Below are positions 37,349 through 47,897 of a stretch of DNA of 64,000 nucleotides, piece after piece. The position numbers and the translations under genes were made by a program. The stretch is taken from assembly GCA_029976025.1 (NCBI GenBank), contig JARKNX010000109.1:3085-67084 (forward strand). The letters are read 5' to 3'. The stretch comes from Aggregatilineales bacterium. Lineage in GTDB: Bacteria; Chloroflexota; Anaerolineae; Aggregatilineales; Ch27. The notes beneath the pieces are model-generated. The model worked only from the letters and a program-made list of their open reading frames with translations, made no database searches and had not been told where the DNA came from. Numbering within the stretch: position 1 is the first letter of the stretch; the number at the start of each line of letters is the position of its first letter.

Positions 37349-38999
37349 CAACCGCCGCGCCCTCCGCCGCCTGCTGGGGCTGGCCGCGCCGTTCTGGAAG
37401 TGGATCGCGCTCTCCACCGCCCTCGGCTTCCTGACTGTCGCCAGCGGCATCGGCCTGATGGCGACCTCCGCCTGGATCATCAGCCGGGCCGCGCTGGGGC
37501 CGGGCATCGCCGATTTGCAGGTGGCGATTGTAAGCGTGCGCTTCTTCGGCGTCGCCCGCGGCGTCTTCCGCTACCTGGAGCGGCTGACCTCACACAGCGC
37601 AACCTTCCGCCTGCTGACCCGGATTCGCGTCTGGTTTTACGCCGCGCTGGAACCGCTGGCCCCGGCCCGGCTGATGCAGTACCGCTCCGGCGACCTGCTC
37701 AGCCGGATCACGGCCGACGTAGATACGCTGGAGGATTTCTACGTGCGGGCGCTGGCCCCGCCGCTGGTGGCCGTCTGCACCGCCGCCCTGATGATCGTCC
37801 TGCTCGGGAGCGCCGGGCTGGCGACCGCCGGCGCGGCCCTGCTGGGGATGGCGCTGGTCGGGCTGGGCGCGCCGCTGCTGGTCCGGGCGCTGGGAGAAGG
37901 GCCGGGCCGGGCGCTGGTGAGCGAGCGGGCCGCCCTCCGCGCGGCGATTCTGGACGGCGTGCAGGGCATGGCCGACGTGATCGCTGCCGGCGGGGGGGCG
38001 ACCCGGAAGGAGCGGGTGGCGGCCCTCAGCGCCGCCGCGATCGCCCGCGAGCGGCGGCTGGCCTGGATTGACGGCCTGCAGGGCGCGATCGGCGTCCTGG
38101 TGGTGGGGGCGACAACGGCGGCGGTGCTGGCGCTGGCCGTCCCCCGCGCGCCGGGGGTGCATCTGGCGTCGCTGGCGCTGGCGACAATCGCCGCCTTCGA
38201 AGCCGTGCTGCCGCTGCCCGCCGCGTTCGCCGTCCTGGGGACCAACCTGGCCGCGGCGGGCCGGCTGATCGCCCTGGTGGAAGATGTGCCGCCGGCGGTC
38301 GTGGACCCGGCGGAGCCCGCCCCCCTCCCGGCTCGCTGCGATCTGGAAATTGAGGGCCTGTCCTTTCGCTACCCGCCGCCGGAGGACGGCGACGCGGAAG
38401 CGCCCCGGGTGCTGGAAGATTTTTCGCTGACCGTGCGGCAGGGGGAGCGGGTGGCCGTGATCGGGCCGAGTGGAGCGGGCAAGACCACGCTGGTTAACGT
38501 GCTGCTGCGCTTCTGGGAGTACGAGGCCGGCAGCATCCGGCTGGGCGGGCGGGAGCTGCGCACCCTGCGCGGCGACGATGTGCGCGCCCTGATCGGCGTC
38601 GTGACGCAACACACCCACCTGTTCAACACGACCATTCGCGAGAATCTGCTGCTGGCGAACGAAGGGGCGAGCATGGACCAGATCATCGCCGCTGCGCGGC
38701 AGGCCCAGGTTCACGACTTCATCGCGGCCCTGCCCGATGGCTATGAGACGGTCGCCGGCGAGGGAGGGGTGCGCCTGAGCGGGGGCGAGCGCCAGCGGAT
38801 CGCCCTGGCGCGGGCGCTGCTCAAGGACGTTCCCGTTCTGATTCTGGATGAGCCGACGGCTAACCTGGACACGGTGACCGAGGAGGCCGTCTGGCGGGCG
38901 CTGGACGCGGCGACGCAGGGCCGGACGACGCTGATCATCACCCATCGTCCGGCGGGCCTGGCGGCAGTGGACCGCGTCGTCAGGCTGGAGGGCGGGTAG
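37329..38999 (+). CDS. cydC: Thiol reductant ABC exporter subunit CydC
   Basis: 6-TM domain plus NBD (GPSGAGKTT, LSGGERQRIALARA, LILDEPTANLD). ATG 37329 overlaps the end of cydD. Confidence 0.8.
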   Translation: MPDRTPDNRRALRRLLGLAAPFWKWIALSTALGFLTVASGIGLMATSAWIISRAALGPGIADLQVAIVSVRFFGVARGVFRYLERLTSHSATFRLLTRIRVWFYAALEPLAPARLMQYRSGDLLSRITADVDTLEDFYVRALAPPLVAVCTAALMIVLLGSAGLATAGAALLGMALVGLGAPLLVRALGEGPGRALVSERAALRAAILDGVQGMADVIAAGGGATRKERVAALSAAAIARERRLAWIDGLQGAIGVLVVGATTAAVLALAVPRAPGVHLASLALATIAAFEAVLPLPAAFAVLGTNLAAAGRLIALVEDVPPAVVDPAEPAPLPARCDLEIEGLSFRYPPPEDGDAEAPRVLEDFSLTVRQGERVAVIGPSGAGKTTLVNVLLRFWEYEAGSIRLGGRELRTLRGDDVRALIGVVTQHTHLFNTTIRENLLLANEGASMDQIIAAARQAQVHDFIAALPDGYETVAGEGGVRLSGGERQRIALARALLKDVPVLILDEPTANLDTVTEEAVWRALDAATQGRTTLIITHRPAGLAAVDRVVRLEGG

Positions 39000-39027
39000 T
39001 ATCTGTGATCCCGGCGGCGTGACGCCC

Positions 39028-40509
39028 TCAGCTCAGCGCGTGCATGTCGTCGCGCAGCCTGTCGTACAGCCCGTGGAACAGCGCCGCCCGCCCGGCGTAG
39101 AACGCCGCCCGCGCCGGGTCCGGCTGGATTGTGTCCCCCTCTATCGCGGGCAGGTGGGCGCAGGCGTCGGCTACATCGGTGTAGAGGCCGGCCGCGACCC
39201 CGGCCAGCAGCGCCGCGCCGACGGGGGCGTGATGCGCGCCCCCGGCCAGCCCGACCGGCCGCCCGAAGATATCGGCCATGATCTGCCGCCACAGCGCCGA
39301 TTTCGTCGCCCCGCCGGAGGCAAGGACGGCCGTATCCGGCCCGGTCACCAGCGCCAGACAGCCGGACAGGGCGAAGGTCACGCCCTCCATCACCGCCCGC
39401 GCCAGATGTCCCGGCCCGTGGTGTAGCCGCAGCCCCAGGAACACCCCGCGCGCCGCCGGGTCCAGGTGCGGCGTGCGCTCCCCGGCCAGGTACGGCAGGA
39501 AGATCAGGCCCTCCGCGCCGGGGGGGACTTCCGCCGCCAGCGCCGACAGGCGATCGTAATCTCCCGCGTTGAGCAGATCGCGCAGCCAGCGCAGCGACAG
39601 CCCGGCCGCCAGGATGGCCGCCTGGGCGTACCAGCGGCCCGGCACGGCGTGGTTGAACACGTACCAGCGCAGGGCGGGGTCCACCGCCGGGCGGTCCAGC
39701 GGGTTGAAGATCTGGCCGCCGGTGCCGAAGATAGCCAGCGCCCGGCCCGGCTGGACCAGCCCGTAGCCCAGCGCCTGGGCCGCCATATCCGCCGCCCCGG
39801 CCGCCACCGGCAGGCCCGCCGGCAGGCCGAGCGCCCGCGCCGCCTCGCCCGTCAGGACGCCGGCGGCCGTCCCGGAGCCGACTACGGGCGGCATCAACTG
39901 CCGGTCTGCGCCGCACCAGGCCAGCAGCGTATCCGACCACTCGCCGCGCCGGATGTCGAACAGCCAGGTGGAGGCGGCGTCGCTCGGCTCGGCGCAGGCG
40001 GCGCCGGTCAGCATCAGGCGCAGGGCGTCCTTGGGCAGCAGGACCGCTGCCGTGCGGGCCAGCGTCTCCGGCTCATGTTCAGCCAGCCAGCGCAGCGTCG
40101 GCCCCATGAACCCGGCGGCGGGGAGGCCGGGCGCGGCGGCGGCCATCTCGGCCGGAGGAATTTCGCGGCGCAGGGCTTCGGCCTCCTGGCTGGAGCGCGT
40201 ATCGGCCCAGATGATGGCCGGGCGGATCGGCGCGCCGCTGGCGTCAACGCAGACCGTCCCGTGCATCTGGCCGGACAGGCCGATCCCGCGCACTGACTCC
40301 GGCGCGACGGCGGCTTCGGCCAGGGCGCGGCGGGTCGTCTCCACCGCGATACGCCACCAGGTCGCCGGAGCCTGCTCAGCCAGGCCGGGGCCGGGCTGCT
40401 CGATCGGATGCTCGCGCTCCGCGGCGGCCAGGACTCGCCCGCTGGCAGCATCCACGACGGCGGTCTTGAGGGTGGTGGTCCCCAGATCGATTCCGAGCAG
40501 GCAGGGCAT
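39028..40509 (-). CDS. xylB: FGGY-family carbohydrate kinase, probably xylulokinase
   Basis: N-terminus LLGIDLGTTTLKTAVVD (FGGY phosphate-1), internal GQMHG, C-terminal GGATKS. Confidence 0.7.
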   Translation of the reverse strand: MPCLLGIDLGTTTLKTAVVDAASGRVLAAAEREHPIEQPGPGLAEQAPATWWRIAVETTRRALAEAAVAPESVRGIGLSGQMHGTVCVDASGAPIRPAIIWADTRSSQEAEALRREIPPAEMAAAAPGLPAAGFMGPTLRWLAEHEPETLARTAAVLLPKDALRLMLTGAACAEPSDAASTWLFDIRRGEWSDTLLAWCGADRQLMPPVVGSGTAAGVLTGEAARALGLPAGLPVAAGAADMAAQALGYGLVQPGRALAIFGTGGQIFNPLDRPAVDPALRWYVFNHAVPGRWYAQAAILAAGLSLRWLRDLLNAGDYDRLSALAAEVPPGAEGLIFLPYLAGERTPHLDPAARGVFLGLRLHHGPGHLARAVMEGVTFALSGCLALVTGPDTAVLASGGATKSALWRQIMADIFGRPVGLAGGAHHAPVGAALLAGVAAGLYTDVADACAHLPAIEGDTIQPDPARAAFYAGRAALFHGLYDRLRDDMHALS

Positions 40510-40718
40510 GGCGGCCTTCCTCTCCAGTTGGGCAGGCGTAGGATCAGCGTACATCTTGCGGCGATTGAATCGCGATCCAAACTATCCTACAATGATGCTG
40601 CTGTCCAGTGACAGGTAGCAGGGCGCAATGCAGCGACGCTTTCACTCTCCCTCTGAAGAAAAACCCCTCACCGGTCTAAACAGCAGAACTTTAGCGGCAT
40701 CAGAAAGGAAAGAAGGTT

Positions 40719-42188
40719 ATGTTCAGGTGGTTTCGAGTTATCCTGGCAGCGAGCCTGCTGGCAGTGATGCTGTCGGGGATGTCGGTGGCACTGGCCCAGA
40801 AGGGGGCCACGCCAATCGCATACGGTCAGCCGGTCACCGGCACTATTACCAATGAGTCTCCAGAGCAGCTCTTTACCTTCACCGGGGCGGCGGGCGACCT
40901 GATTGTGGCCTCCATGGTCGCCAGCCAGGGCGGCCTGGATAGCTATCTCGAGCTGTTCGACAGCGCCGGCGCGCTGCTGGCTTCTGACGATGACGGCGGC
41001 GGCAACCTCAACGCGCTTCTTGGCCCGTTCCGGCTGCCGGCGGCTGGCGAATACACCATCAAGGCGACGCGCTTCGCTGGCCCGGATGGTTGGGGCAGCG
41101 GCCCCTTCACGCTTGTCGTGCAGATTGTCGAAGTGATCCCGCTCAGCCTGAACGAGACGGTGACGGTTGACCTCAGCCCGGAGCAGCCGCAGACGTTCTT
41201 CGCCTTCAGCGCGGCGGCCGGTGGGATGTTCAACCTCTCCGGGCGGGGGCAGGGCGGCACGGCAGACTTCAACATAAGCATCCGTGACGCGCAGGGCGCG
41301 ACCCTCAACGGCGGCTACGGCACGGCCAACGGAGAGGCCCTGATCGACCCGCTGATATTCAGCGCGGCGGGCGATTACACCATTCTGCTGTCCCGGCAGG
41401 AGCAGTCGGGCGGCCCCGTGGGCGGGACGGTGCGCGTCGGCGTGACGCTCAGCGCCATCGAGGCGCAGCCGCTGGCCGTTGACGGGACGGTGACCGGCAC
41501 GCTGGATGACGCCGCGCCGGCGGCCTACTATACCTTCGCCGGCCAGCAGGCGGACATCCTGCGCCTGGAAGGTGCGCAGGACCCCGGCGGCGCGCCGTTT
41601 GATGTGCAGGTCTACGGGCCGGATGGCTACGGCTTCAATGGCGGCAGCACGGCTTACGGCACGGAAGCCAGCCAACTTGTCATCGATCCGCTGGTGCTCA
41701 GCCAGACTGGCGACTACCTGCTTGTCGTGCACCGCACTGACATGACCGGCCAGGGGGCCGTCGGCATGCGCAGCGGCTACACCCTGACGCTGGGCGCGAC
41801 CCGGACGCCGGAACTGGTTGCCGGGCAGGGAGTGACCGGCACGGTGGATCAGGTGAACTATGACGACACCTACCGCTTCGTGGGCGAAGCCGGCCAGAAT
41901 GTCCGCATCACGGTGCGCAGCCTGGACGCGGGCTATGCCCCCGGCCTGGATGTGCAAGGCCCGGGGCCGGATGAAGCCGCGAGCAGCGGCTACTACAACG
42001 GCCTGGCCTACATCCTGTCGGCCAACAGCGGCCTGCCCGGCACGGCCACTTTCGAGGTGACCCTCCCGGCATCCGGCGTGTATCTGTTCCGCGTCTTCAA
42101 CGGGATCAGCGTCAGCCCGCTGAGCAGCGTCCCGCCCGCGGCTGACGGCACAGGCACGTACGGGCTGCTGGTCGAAGTGGTGAAGTAA
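40719..42188 (+). CDS. Secreted protein made of about four PPC (pre-peptidase C-terminal)-like repeats
   Basis: Signal peptide. Repeated pattern: I.YGQPVTGTI......F.F.G.AGD.......D..L.L.D..G......DD.....Y.L.V. Confidence 0.6.
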   Translation: MFRWFRVILAASLLAVMLSGMSVALAQKGATPIAYGQPVTGTITNESPEQLFTFTGAAGDLIVASMVASQGGLDSYLELFDSAGALLASDDDGGGNLNALLGPFRLPAAGEYTIKATRFAGPDGWGSGPFTLVVQIVEVIPLSLNETVTVDLSPEQPQTFFAFSAAAGGMFNLSGRGQGGTADFNISIRDAQGATLNGGYGTANGEALIDPLIFSAAGDYTILLSRQEQSGGPVGGTVRVGVTLSAIEAQPLAVDGTVTGTLDDAAPAAYYTFAGQQADILRLEGAQDPGGAPFDVQVYGPDGYGFNGGSTAYGTEASQLVIDPLVLSQTGDYLLVVHRTDMTGQGAVGMRSGYTLTLGATRTPELVAGQGVTGTVDQVNYDDTYRFVGEAGQNVRITVRSLDAGYAPGLDVQGPGPDEAASSGYYNGLAYILSANSGLPGTATFEVTLPASGVYLFRVFNGISVSPLSSVPPAADGTGTYGLLVEVVK

Positions 42189-42330
42189 GCCTCACCTCGC
42201 CCGGCCTCTGGCCGGCCCCTCATCCATCTGTCGTGGAGAGGGGGGATAGGGAATGAAAGGGCGGCCTCCCCCGGGTCACGCTGATCCGGCGGGGGCCGCC
42301 TTTGCGATTCCTGCCTGTGGCAGCGGCGCG

Positions 42331-43206
42331 CTACTTGCCGGAGCCGAGCGTCAGCCCCTGGATGAAATAGCGCTGCAGGAAGACGAACATGATCAGGGTG
42401 GGCAGGGTCGCCAGCAGCGCGCCCGCCGTGATCACCGGCCAGTCGGTATTGTACTGCCCGCGCAGCGTGGCCAGGCCGGCCGTCACCGGGCGCAGCGAGT
42501 CCGATTGCAGCAGGATGATCGCCCACAGGTAGTCGTTGAACACCCAGGTGAACTCCAGCGTGGCCAGGGCGGCCAGGGCCGGCAGCGTCAGCGGCAGCAT
42601 GATCTGCCAGTAGATGCGCAGCTCTCCGCAGCCGTCCACGCGGGCGGCGTCCAGAATCTCATTGGGCACGGTGCGCATGAAGTTGCGCAGCACGAAAGTG
42701 CAAAAGCCGAGCTGAAAAGCCGTGTGGATCAGGATCAGGGAGCCGTAGGTGTTGTACAGGCCCAGCGTGTTGCTCAGCCGGAAGACCGGCAGCAGCAGAA
42801 TCTGGAAGGGCAGCATCGTGCCGGCCACATACATGAAATAGATCAGCAGGTTGCCCCGGAATCTGAAGCGGGCCAGCGCGTAGGCGCTCAGGGACGACAG
42901 GAACATCATGCCGAACAGGGCCGGGATGGTGATGATGAAGCTGTTGAGCAGGTACTTGCTCACCCGCGCGTCCACCCAGGCCCGCTGGAAGTTTTGCAGC
43001 GACAGCGTGCCGGGGATGCTCCAGAACCCGTTAATCGTGATGTCGTCCATCGTGCGGAAGGAGGTGACAAAGGCGGCCGCGATCGGGAGCAGCCAGAGCA
43101 GGGTGAGCGCCGTCAGGCCGGTGTACTTGAGTGCGCGCCGCCAGGCTTTGCCGCTGGTCGAGAAGCCGGTGACCGGCTGTGAGGCCGCTTGAGCAATTGA
43201 GAGCAT
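42331..43206 (-). CDS. Carbohydrate ABC transporter permease (MalG-like)
   Basis: 6-TM BPD transporter with an EAA-like loop (LDAARVDGCGELRIYWQIMLP). Confidence 0.9.
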   Translation of the reverse strand: MLSIAQAASQPVTGFSTSGKAWRRALKYTGLTALTLLWLLPIAAAFVTSFRTMDDITINGFWSIPGTLSLQNFQRAWVDARVSKYLLNSFIITIPALFGMMFLSSLSAYALARFRFRGNLLIYFMYVAGTMLPFQILLLPVFRLSNTLGLYNTYGSLILIHTAFQLGFCTFVLRNFMRTVPNEILDAARVDGCGELRIYWQIMLPLTLPALAALATLEFTWVFNDYLWAIILLQSDSLRPVTAGLATLRGQYNTDWPVITAGALLATLPTLIMFVFLQRYFIQGLTLGSGK

Positions 43207-43215
43207 GGCCGTCTC

Positions 43216-44616
43216 CTAGTATTCCAGTTCGTCCTTGACGACGCGGGACAGATAGAAGCCGATGAACACCATGCTGATGGCGAACAGCACAACGGCGATG
43301 GCGCCGGCATAGCCCATCCGGTAGTTGTTGAAGGCTTCTATATACATGACATTCGCCAGCACCTGGGTGCTTTGCCCGCCGCGCGTCATGATAGCGACCA
43401 GATCGAAGGCGCGCAGGGAGTCGATGATCGAGATCACGATCACGATGGTGGTCACCGGGGCCAGCAGCGGCAGCACAACGCGGCGGAACAGGTTCCAGCG
43501 GTCGGCGCCGTCCACCAGCGCGGCATCGACCAGCGTCGGGTCGATGTTCTTGAGGCCGGCCAGGTAGAGCACCATCACGTAGCCCACCTGGCGCCAGACC
43601 GCCGCCGCAATCACGCACCAGATAGCCAGCTCGCGATCGCCCAGCCAGCCCGGCGGGCTGCTCACCCCTATCCCGACCAGGAAGGAGTTGATCAGCCCCA
43701 GACGCGGGTTGTACAGCCAGGTCCAGACCAGGGCGATCACGGCGAAGGAAAGCACCAGCGGCGAATAGAAGCTGACCTTGTAAAAGCGCCCGCCGCGCAT
43801 CTCAGTGTTGAAGATCAGGGCCAGGCCCAGCCCCAGTGAAGTCGGCACGGTGATGAAGACGACCAGCCAGCGGGCATTGTTGATCAGCGATTCGGAGAAG
43901 TTGCGGTCCTGAGTGAACAGGCGCTGGAAGTTGGCCAGCCCGACGTAGGAGGGATTCGTGATGCCGTCCCAGTTGGTCAGGCTGAGGTAAAAGGTGACGA
44001 AGGTCGGGCCGATAATCCAGATCAGGTAAAGGATCAGCGGCGGCAGCAGGAACAGATAAGGGATCCATTTGCGGGGGATAGCCGGCATATGGCGGGAGAG
44101 GCGGGTCTGTGTCACCTGCAGGCCGGCGTTGACGCGCGGCACGGCGATCATGGCTTGCAGCGCCATGCCCAGCCCGCCGGCCAGGATCGTCCAGAAGCCC
44201 AGCCCGGGCGCGGGCGCGTCTTCAGTTGAAGCGGCCTCCGCCAGCCTGAGCAGGCAGGCAGCGATAATAGCCAGGCCGAGCGCCATTGTCAGGAGCGATA
44301 CCAGGCGCCCGGATTCCGGCTTGAGCACGCCCCACAGAGCCAGGCCGATCCCGATCACGGCGGCGAGCGGGGCCAGGACCATCACCGGCGTCACCGTCGA
44401 CCCGGCCACGCCGGAGAGAAAATCTGCCAGCAGCTTGGCCGCGTTATCGACGATGGCGATCCCGTGCCAGGGCATGAAGATAAAGCCGATCAGGATCAGG
44501 CCCGCGAAAACGAGGCCCAGCAGGCTGGCGGTCGAGTAATCAACATCGCGTTCTGCAGAGGGGGGGGCGTAAACAGTCGTTGTGGTCGCGGCCATGGCAG
44601 TCTCTTTCTGGCTCAT
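43216..44616 (-). CDS. Carbohydrate ABC transporter permease (MalF-like) with an extra N-terminal multi-TM extension
   Basis: C-terminal BPD core (VDAALVDGADRWNLFRRVVLP). The N-terminal ~190 aa add several hydrophobic helices. Start set at ATG 44614-44616. Confidence 0.85.
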   Translation of the reverse strand: MSQKETAMAATTTTVYAPPSAERDVDYSTASLLGLVFAGLILIGFIFMPWHGIAIVDNAAKLLADFLSGVAGSTVTPVMVLAPLAAVIGIGLALWGVLKPESGRLVSLLTMALGLAIIAACLLRLAEAASTEDAPAPGLGFWTILAGGLGMALQAMIAVPRVNAGLQVTQTRLSRHMPAIPRKWIPYLFLLPPLILYLIWIIGPTFVTFYLSLTNWDGITNPSYVGLANFQRLFTQDRNFSESLINNARWLVVFITVPTSLGLGLALIFNTEMRGGRFYKVSFYSPLVLSFAVIALVWTWLYNPRLGLINSFLVGIGVSSPPGWLGDRELAIWCVIAAAVWRQVGYVMVLYLAGLKNIDPTLVDAALVDGADRWNLFRRVVLPLLAPVTTIVIVISIIDSLRAFDLVAIMTRGGQSTQVLANVMYIEAFNNYRMGYAGAIAVVLFAISMVFIGFYLSRVVKDELEY

Positions 44617-44825
44617 GGTTCGGGTGGGTGAGCCGGGGCGGGCAGCGGCAGCCCGGCTGATCTGGCAGGGGCATGGCGCCCGATCGGGATCGCCATGCCC
44701 CTGGTAACCTCCCCCTCCCCGGCCCCCTTTCCGCTGATGAAGGGATGGGTTGTGTCCCCTCATTCTGGGAAAAGGCCGGGGAGGGGGGAGACGGGCTTAG
44801 CTACTGGCCCACAGACGACCCCCGA

Positions 44826-46103
44826 TTACGAGCCGGCTTCTTCTTCCAGAATGCGCAGGCGCTCGGTCTCCAGGTCCTGCAGGATCTGGTCAAGCTGTGA
44901 CGGATCGTCCCAGAAGCGCATGAAGCCATCCATGCCGACTTCGGCCATCGGCGGTGTGGTGTCGCGATCGAAGAACTGGGCGATATAGTCGGCGCTCTGG
45001 ATCAGGGCGATACCCTGCTGGATGTTGGCCGGCGCGGCGGAGATATCCACATCGGTGCGGGTGGGCAGGCGGCCCAGCTCCTCAAAGGCCATCTGCTGCA
45101 CTTCCCGCGAGCCGAGGAAGGCCATGAACGCCTTGCCGCCTTCCAGATTGCGGGCGTTGGCGGCCATGAAGAAGCCGTCGGTCGGGGCGTCTTCACCTAC
45201 CGGCATATTGGGATCGATGATCGGGAAGCGGAAGAAGTCGAGATCATCTTCCATCTCGTCCGGGTAGGAGTCGGTGATGAACTGGCCCATCAGGTACATG
45301 GCGGCGTCGCCCTGAACCATCGGATCGATAGCTTCCTGCCAGTCGTAGGCGGCCGGATTATCGATGAAGCAGTTGTGCTCGAACAGCTCGTTCCACTTCT
45401 CAAAGGTGGCCCGGACGCGCTCGTCGAGGTAGGACTCCTCAAGCAGCATCAGGCCGATGTGGAATTCCGGCCCGTTGACGCGCATGTTGAGGTAGTCGAA
45501 CCAGGCGGCGGCCGGCCAGCGGAAGCGGGCGCCGATGGTGATCGGCGTGATCCCGGCGGCGTTCAGGGTGTCGCAGGAGGCCAGGAATTCATCCCAGGTT
45601 TCGGGCACTTCGGTGATGCCGGCCTGCTCAAAGAGGGAGGGGCGGTAGTACATGGCCCACCAGTAGTAGGAAGTGGGCAGGAAGTACTTGCCCTCTGCCT
45701 GGCCGGTGGCGGCCAGCGCCTGGAAGCCGGGGGCATAAGTCTCGTTGAAGCCGTTGGCGTCCCACATATCGCCGATATTGGCGATCAGGCCGTTGTTGAC
45801 GAAGAAGGCGGCGCGGTTGCCGGCGAACCAGGTCAGCACATCGGGCGCCGGATCGGCGGTCAGGTAGGCGCGGATGGCCTGCTTGAAGTCCTCGTGGGCG
45901 ACGATGGAGTGCTCCACCGGCATGTCGGGGTGGGCTTCGTTCCACATGGCGACGACTTCTTCATCGAACGCGCGGGGGATCGGGTCGCCCATGTACGAAT
46001 TGTAGGTGATATAGCTGGGGCCGCGCTGGGCCAGGACCGGGGCGACCATCGCCACCAGCATAGCCACAATCAACAGAATACCAACTTTGCCAAAGCGGGA
46101 CAT
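44826..46103 (-). CDS. Sugar ABC transporter substrate-binding protein
   Basis: Signal/anchor sequence and an SBP family 1-like layout; first gene of the minus-strand operon. Confidence 0.85.
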   Translation of the reverse strand: MSRFGKVGILLIVAMLVAMVAPVLAQRGPSYITYNSYMGDPIPRAFDEEVVAMWNEAHPDMPVEHSIVAHEDFKQAIRAYLTADPAPDVLTWFAGNRAAFFVNNGLIANIGDMWDANGFNETYAPGFQALAATGQAEGKYFLPTSYYWWAMYYRPSLFEQAGITEVPETWDEFLASCDTLNAAGITPITIGARFRWPAAAWFDYLNMRVNGPEFHIGLMLLEESYLDERVRATFEKWNELFEHNCFIDNPAAYDWQEAIDPMVQGDAAMYLMGQFITDSYPDEMEDDLDFFRFPIIDPNMPVGEDAPTDGFFMAANARNLEGGKAFMAFLGSREVQQMAFEELGRLPTRTDVDISAAPANIQQGIALIQSADYIAQFFDRDTTPPMAEVGMDGFMRFWDDPSQLDQILQDLETERLRILEEEAGS

Positions 46104-46620
46104 AGTTTCTCTCTCACTCCTTTTTAAAAGTGATGTTGCGCGTACAAGATCGGGCTGTCCGCTTCACACTGCCGGACAGCGCTGCCTCCGGGATGAGCAC
46201 TAAACGATGGGGACACCTCCTTTTCAGCGAACGGGCAGCAGGGCGGTCGGATCAGCCGGGGTCACGGGGTGGCCGGTCGGCGTAAAGAAGGCGGAAGAGA
46301 CTGCGTGGAGGGGGCGCAGCGCGGCGTTTTGCGGCGCCCGATCCCGGCGCGCCCCGGGCTGATGGAGCGTTGCGAAGCAGGTCTCCGGCGGTGGCTGACC
46401 GGTGGAGAGCGCACAGGCCATAGTTTCAACAGGCTCGCGAGATAGCTGCTCTGGTTTCATCAGCACGTGTAGACGCACCTGTATATCTATAGTACAATAT
46501 AGGACGGAGTTGTTTCGCTGTCAAGCACCGCGCCGTCAGATATTTTGCGCGGGCGGGCTGCCGGGCAAGATATCCGGGCGTGTTATACTCTCCGCCCGGA
46601 AGATTCAACCGGAGGTGAAC

Positions 46621-47757
46621 ATGATCGACGGCGGATACGACGGGGAGGCCGGGGGCGAGTCCGCGCCGGACCGCCCGGACCTTCAGGACCGCCCGGTCCT
46701 GCCAGAACGGGGGGTCACCCAGCAGGATGTCGCCCGACGAGCCGGAGTCTCCCGCGCGGTGGTGTCATATGTGGTCAACAACGGGCCGCGCGTGGTCTCA
46801 TCGGAGGCGCGGGAGCGCGTCCTGCGCGCCATTGCTGAGCTGGGCTACCGGCCTAACAAATACGCCCAGGGCCTCAGGCTGCAGGCCGCCGACCGCGCCG
46901 ACGGCCAGATCGGCATCCTCCTCGGCGGGCACAGCGCCATCCTCTACCGCCCGTATTTCAGCGCAGTGCTGGCCGGCATCTTCGACGCCGCCCGTCACCA
47001 GCACCAGCAGATTCGCTTTATGTCCTTTTTTCACGAGCTGCTGGACCCTGTCTTTTTCAATAAGAACATTCACCCGGAGGAAATCTCCGGCCTGATTCTG
47101 TTCGCCCCGTACCTGTTCCTGCAGGAGGCGAGCCGCCAGCCGGCTTCCCCCGCCAGCCACCTGCTGGCCCGGATTATCGAGCGTGTGGATAACATTGTCT
47201 CGCTGGAAGTCGTGAGCCGCGACCTGCCCGCCGTGATCTTCGACCGGGCGGCGGCGGCCCGGCTGGCGGTGGAACACCTGGTTCGGCTGGGCCACCGGCG
47301 CATCGCTTTCGCCGGCGTGCCCGATGAGCGCGTGGACGGCTACCGGCAGGTGCTCTTTCAGAGCGGCCTGCCCGGCGAGGAGGCTCTGATACAGGCCCCG
47401 GGGACCCACAACTCTCCGGAGGAAGGGTATCAGGCGGTGCAGGCGCTGCTGGCCCTGCCCCGGCCGCCAACGGCGCTTTTCACCGCCAGCGATGAGGTAG
47501 CTATCGGGGCGCTGGCCGCCCTGCACGATCTGGGGCGGCGCGTCCCGGACGACGTGGCCCTGGCCTCAATCGACGATATCGAATTCGCCGGGATCATCCG
47601 CCCGGCGCTGACGACCGTCCACGTGCCCAAAGAACAGTTCGGCGTTTATGCGCTGCAGATGCTGGCCATGCGCCAGGCTTACCCCGACAGCAAGCCGGCT
47701 TCGGTCGTGCTGCCTACCGAGCTGGTCGTGCGCCAGTCCTGCGGCGCGGGCCGTTAG
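46621..47757 (+). CDS. LacI family transcriptional regulator
   Basis: HTH: VTQQDVARRAGVSRAVVSYVVNN; periplasmic-binding-fold C-terminus. Divergent from the sugar ABC operon. Confidence 0.9.
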   Translation: MIDGGYDGEAGGESAPDRPDLQDRPVLPERGVTQQDVARRAGVSRAVVSYVVNNGPRVVSSEARERVLRAIAELGYRPNKYAQGLRLQAADRADGQIGILLGGHSAILYRPYFSAVLAGIFDAARHQHQQIRFMSFFHELLDPVFFNKNIHPEEISGLILFAPYLFLQEASRQPASPASHLLARIIERVDNIVSLEVVSRDLPAVIFDRAAAARLAVEHLVRLGHRRIAFAGVPDERVDGYRQVLFQSGLPGEEALIQAPGTHNSPEEGYQAVQALLALPRPPTALFTASDEVAIGALAALHDLGRRVPDDVALASIDDIEFAGIIRPALTTVHVPKEQFGVYALQMLAMRQAYPDSKPASVVLPTELVVRQSCGAGR

Positions 47758-47779
47758 CGGGGGCGGGCAAAAACTGCAA

Positions 47780-47828
47780 AGGGCACAGAAGCAGGGCGGA
47801 CATCTCTTCTTTGCGCCCTCTGTGCCCT
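47780..47828. repeat. Hairpin element between convergent genes, a member of the intergenic GGGCACAGA repeat family
   Basis: AGGGCACAGA-agca-GGGCG, a 15-nt loop, then CGCCC-TCTGTGCCCT. It may act as a bidirectional terminator. Confidence 0.6.
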
Positions 47829-47897
47829 CACTGGCTCTCTGTATTTTCCCGCTTCGCTGACCTGCATGCCCGCCGCCAGGCCGGCCCCGGCGGTGGA

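Noticed and set aside
36071-40296. Several long ORFs antisense to or out of frame with cydD, cydC and the sugar kinase (36071-37507, 37590-38945, 38741-39940, 39466-40296)
   Set aside because: All overlap genes with canonical ABC or FGGY motifs. Their translations are Arg/Pro/Gly/Ala low-complexity.
40668-41957. 429-aa minus-strand ORF
   Set aside because: It is antisense to the PPC-repeat secreted protein gene, which has a signal peptide and an internal repeat structure. The antisense ORF has no motifs.
46104-46620. Search for a LacI-type palindromic operator in the divergent promoter region (for example tgttgcgcgtaca near 46130, and the AT-rich tatagtacaatatag near 46485)
   Set aside because: The candidates are imperfect palindromes that do not match the TGNAANCGNTTNCA-type consensus, so there is no supportable call.
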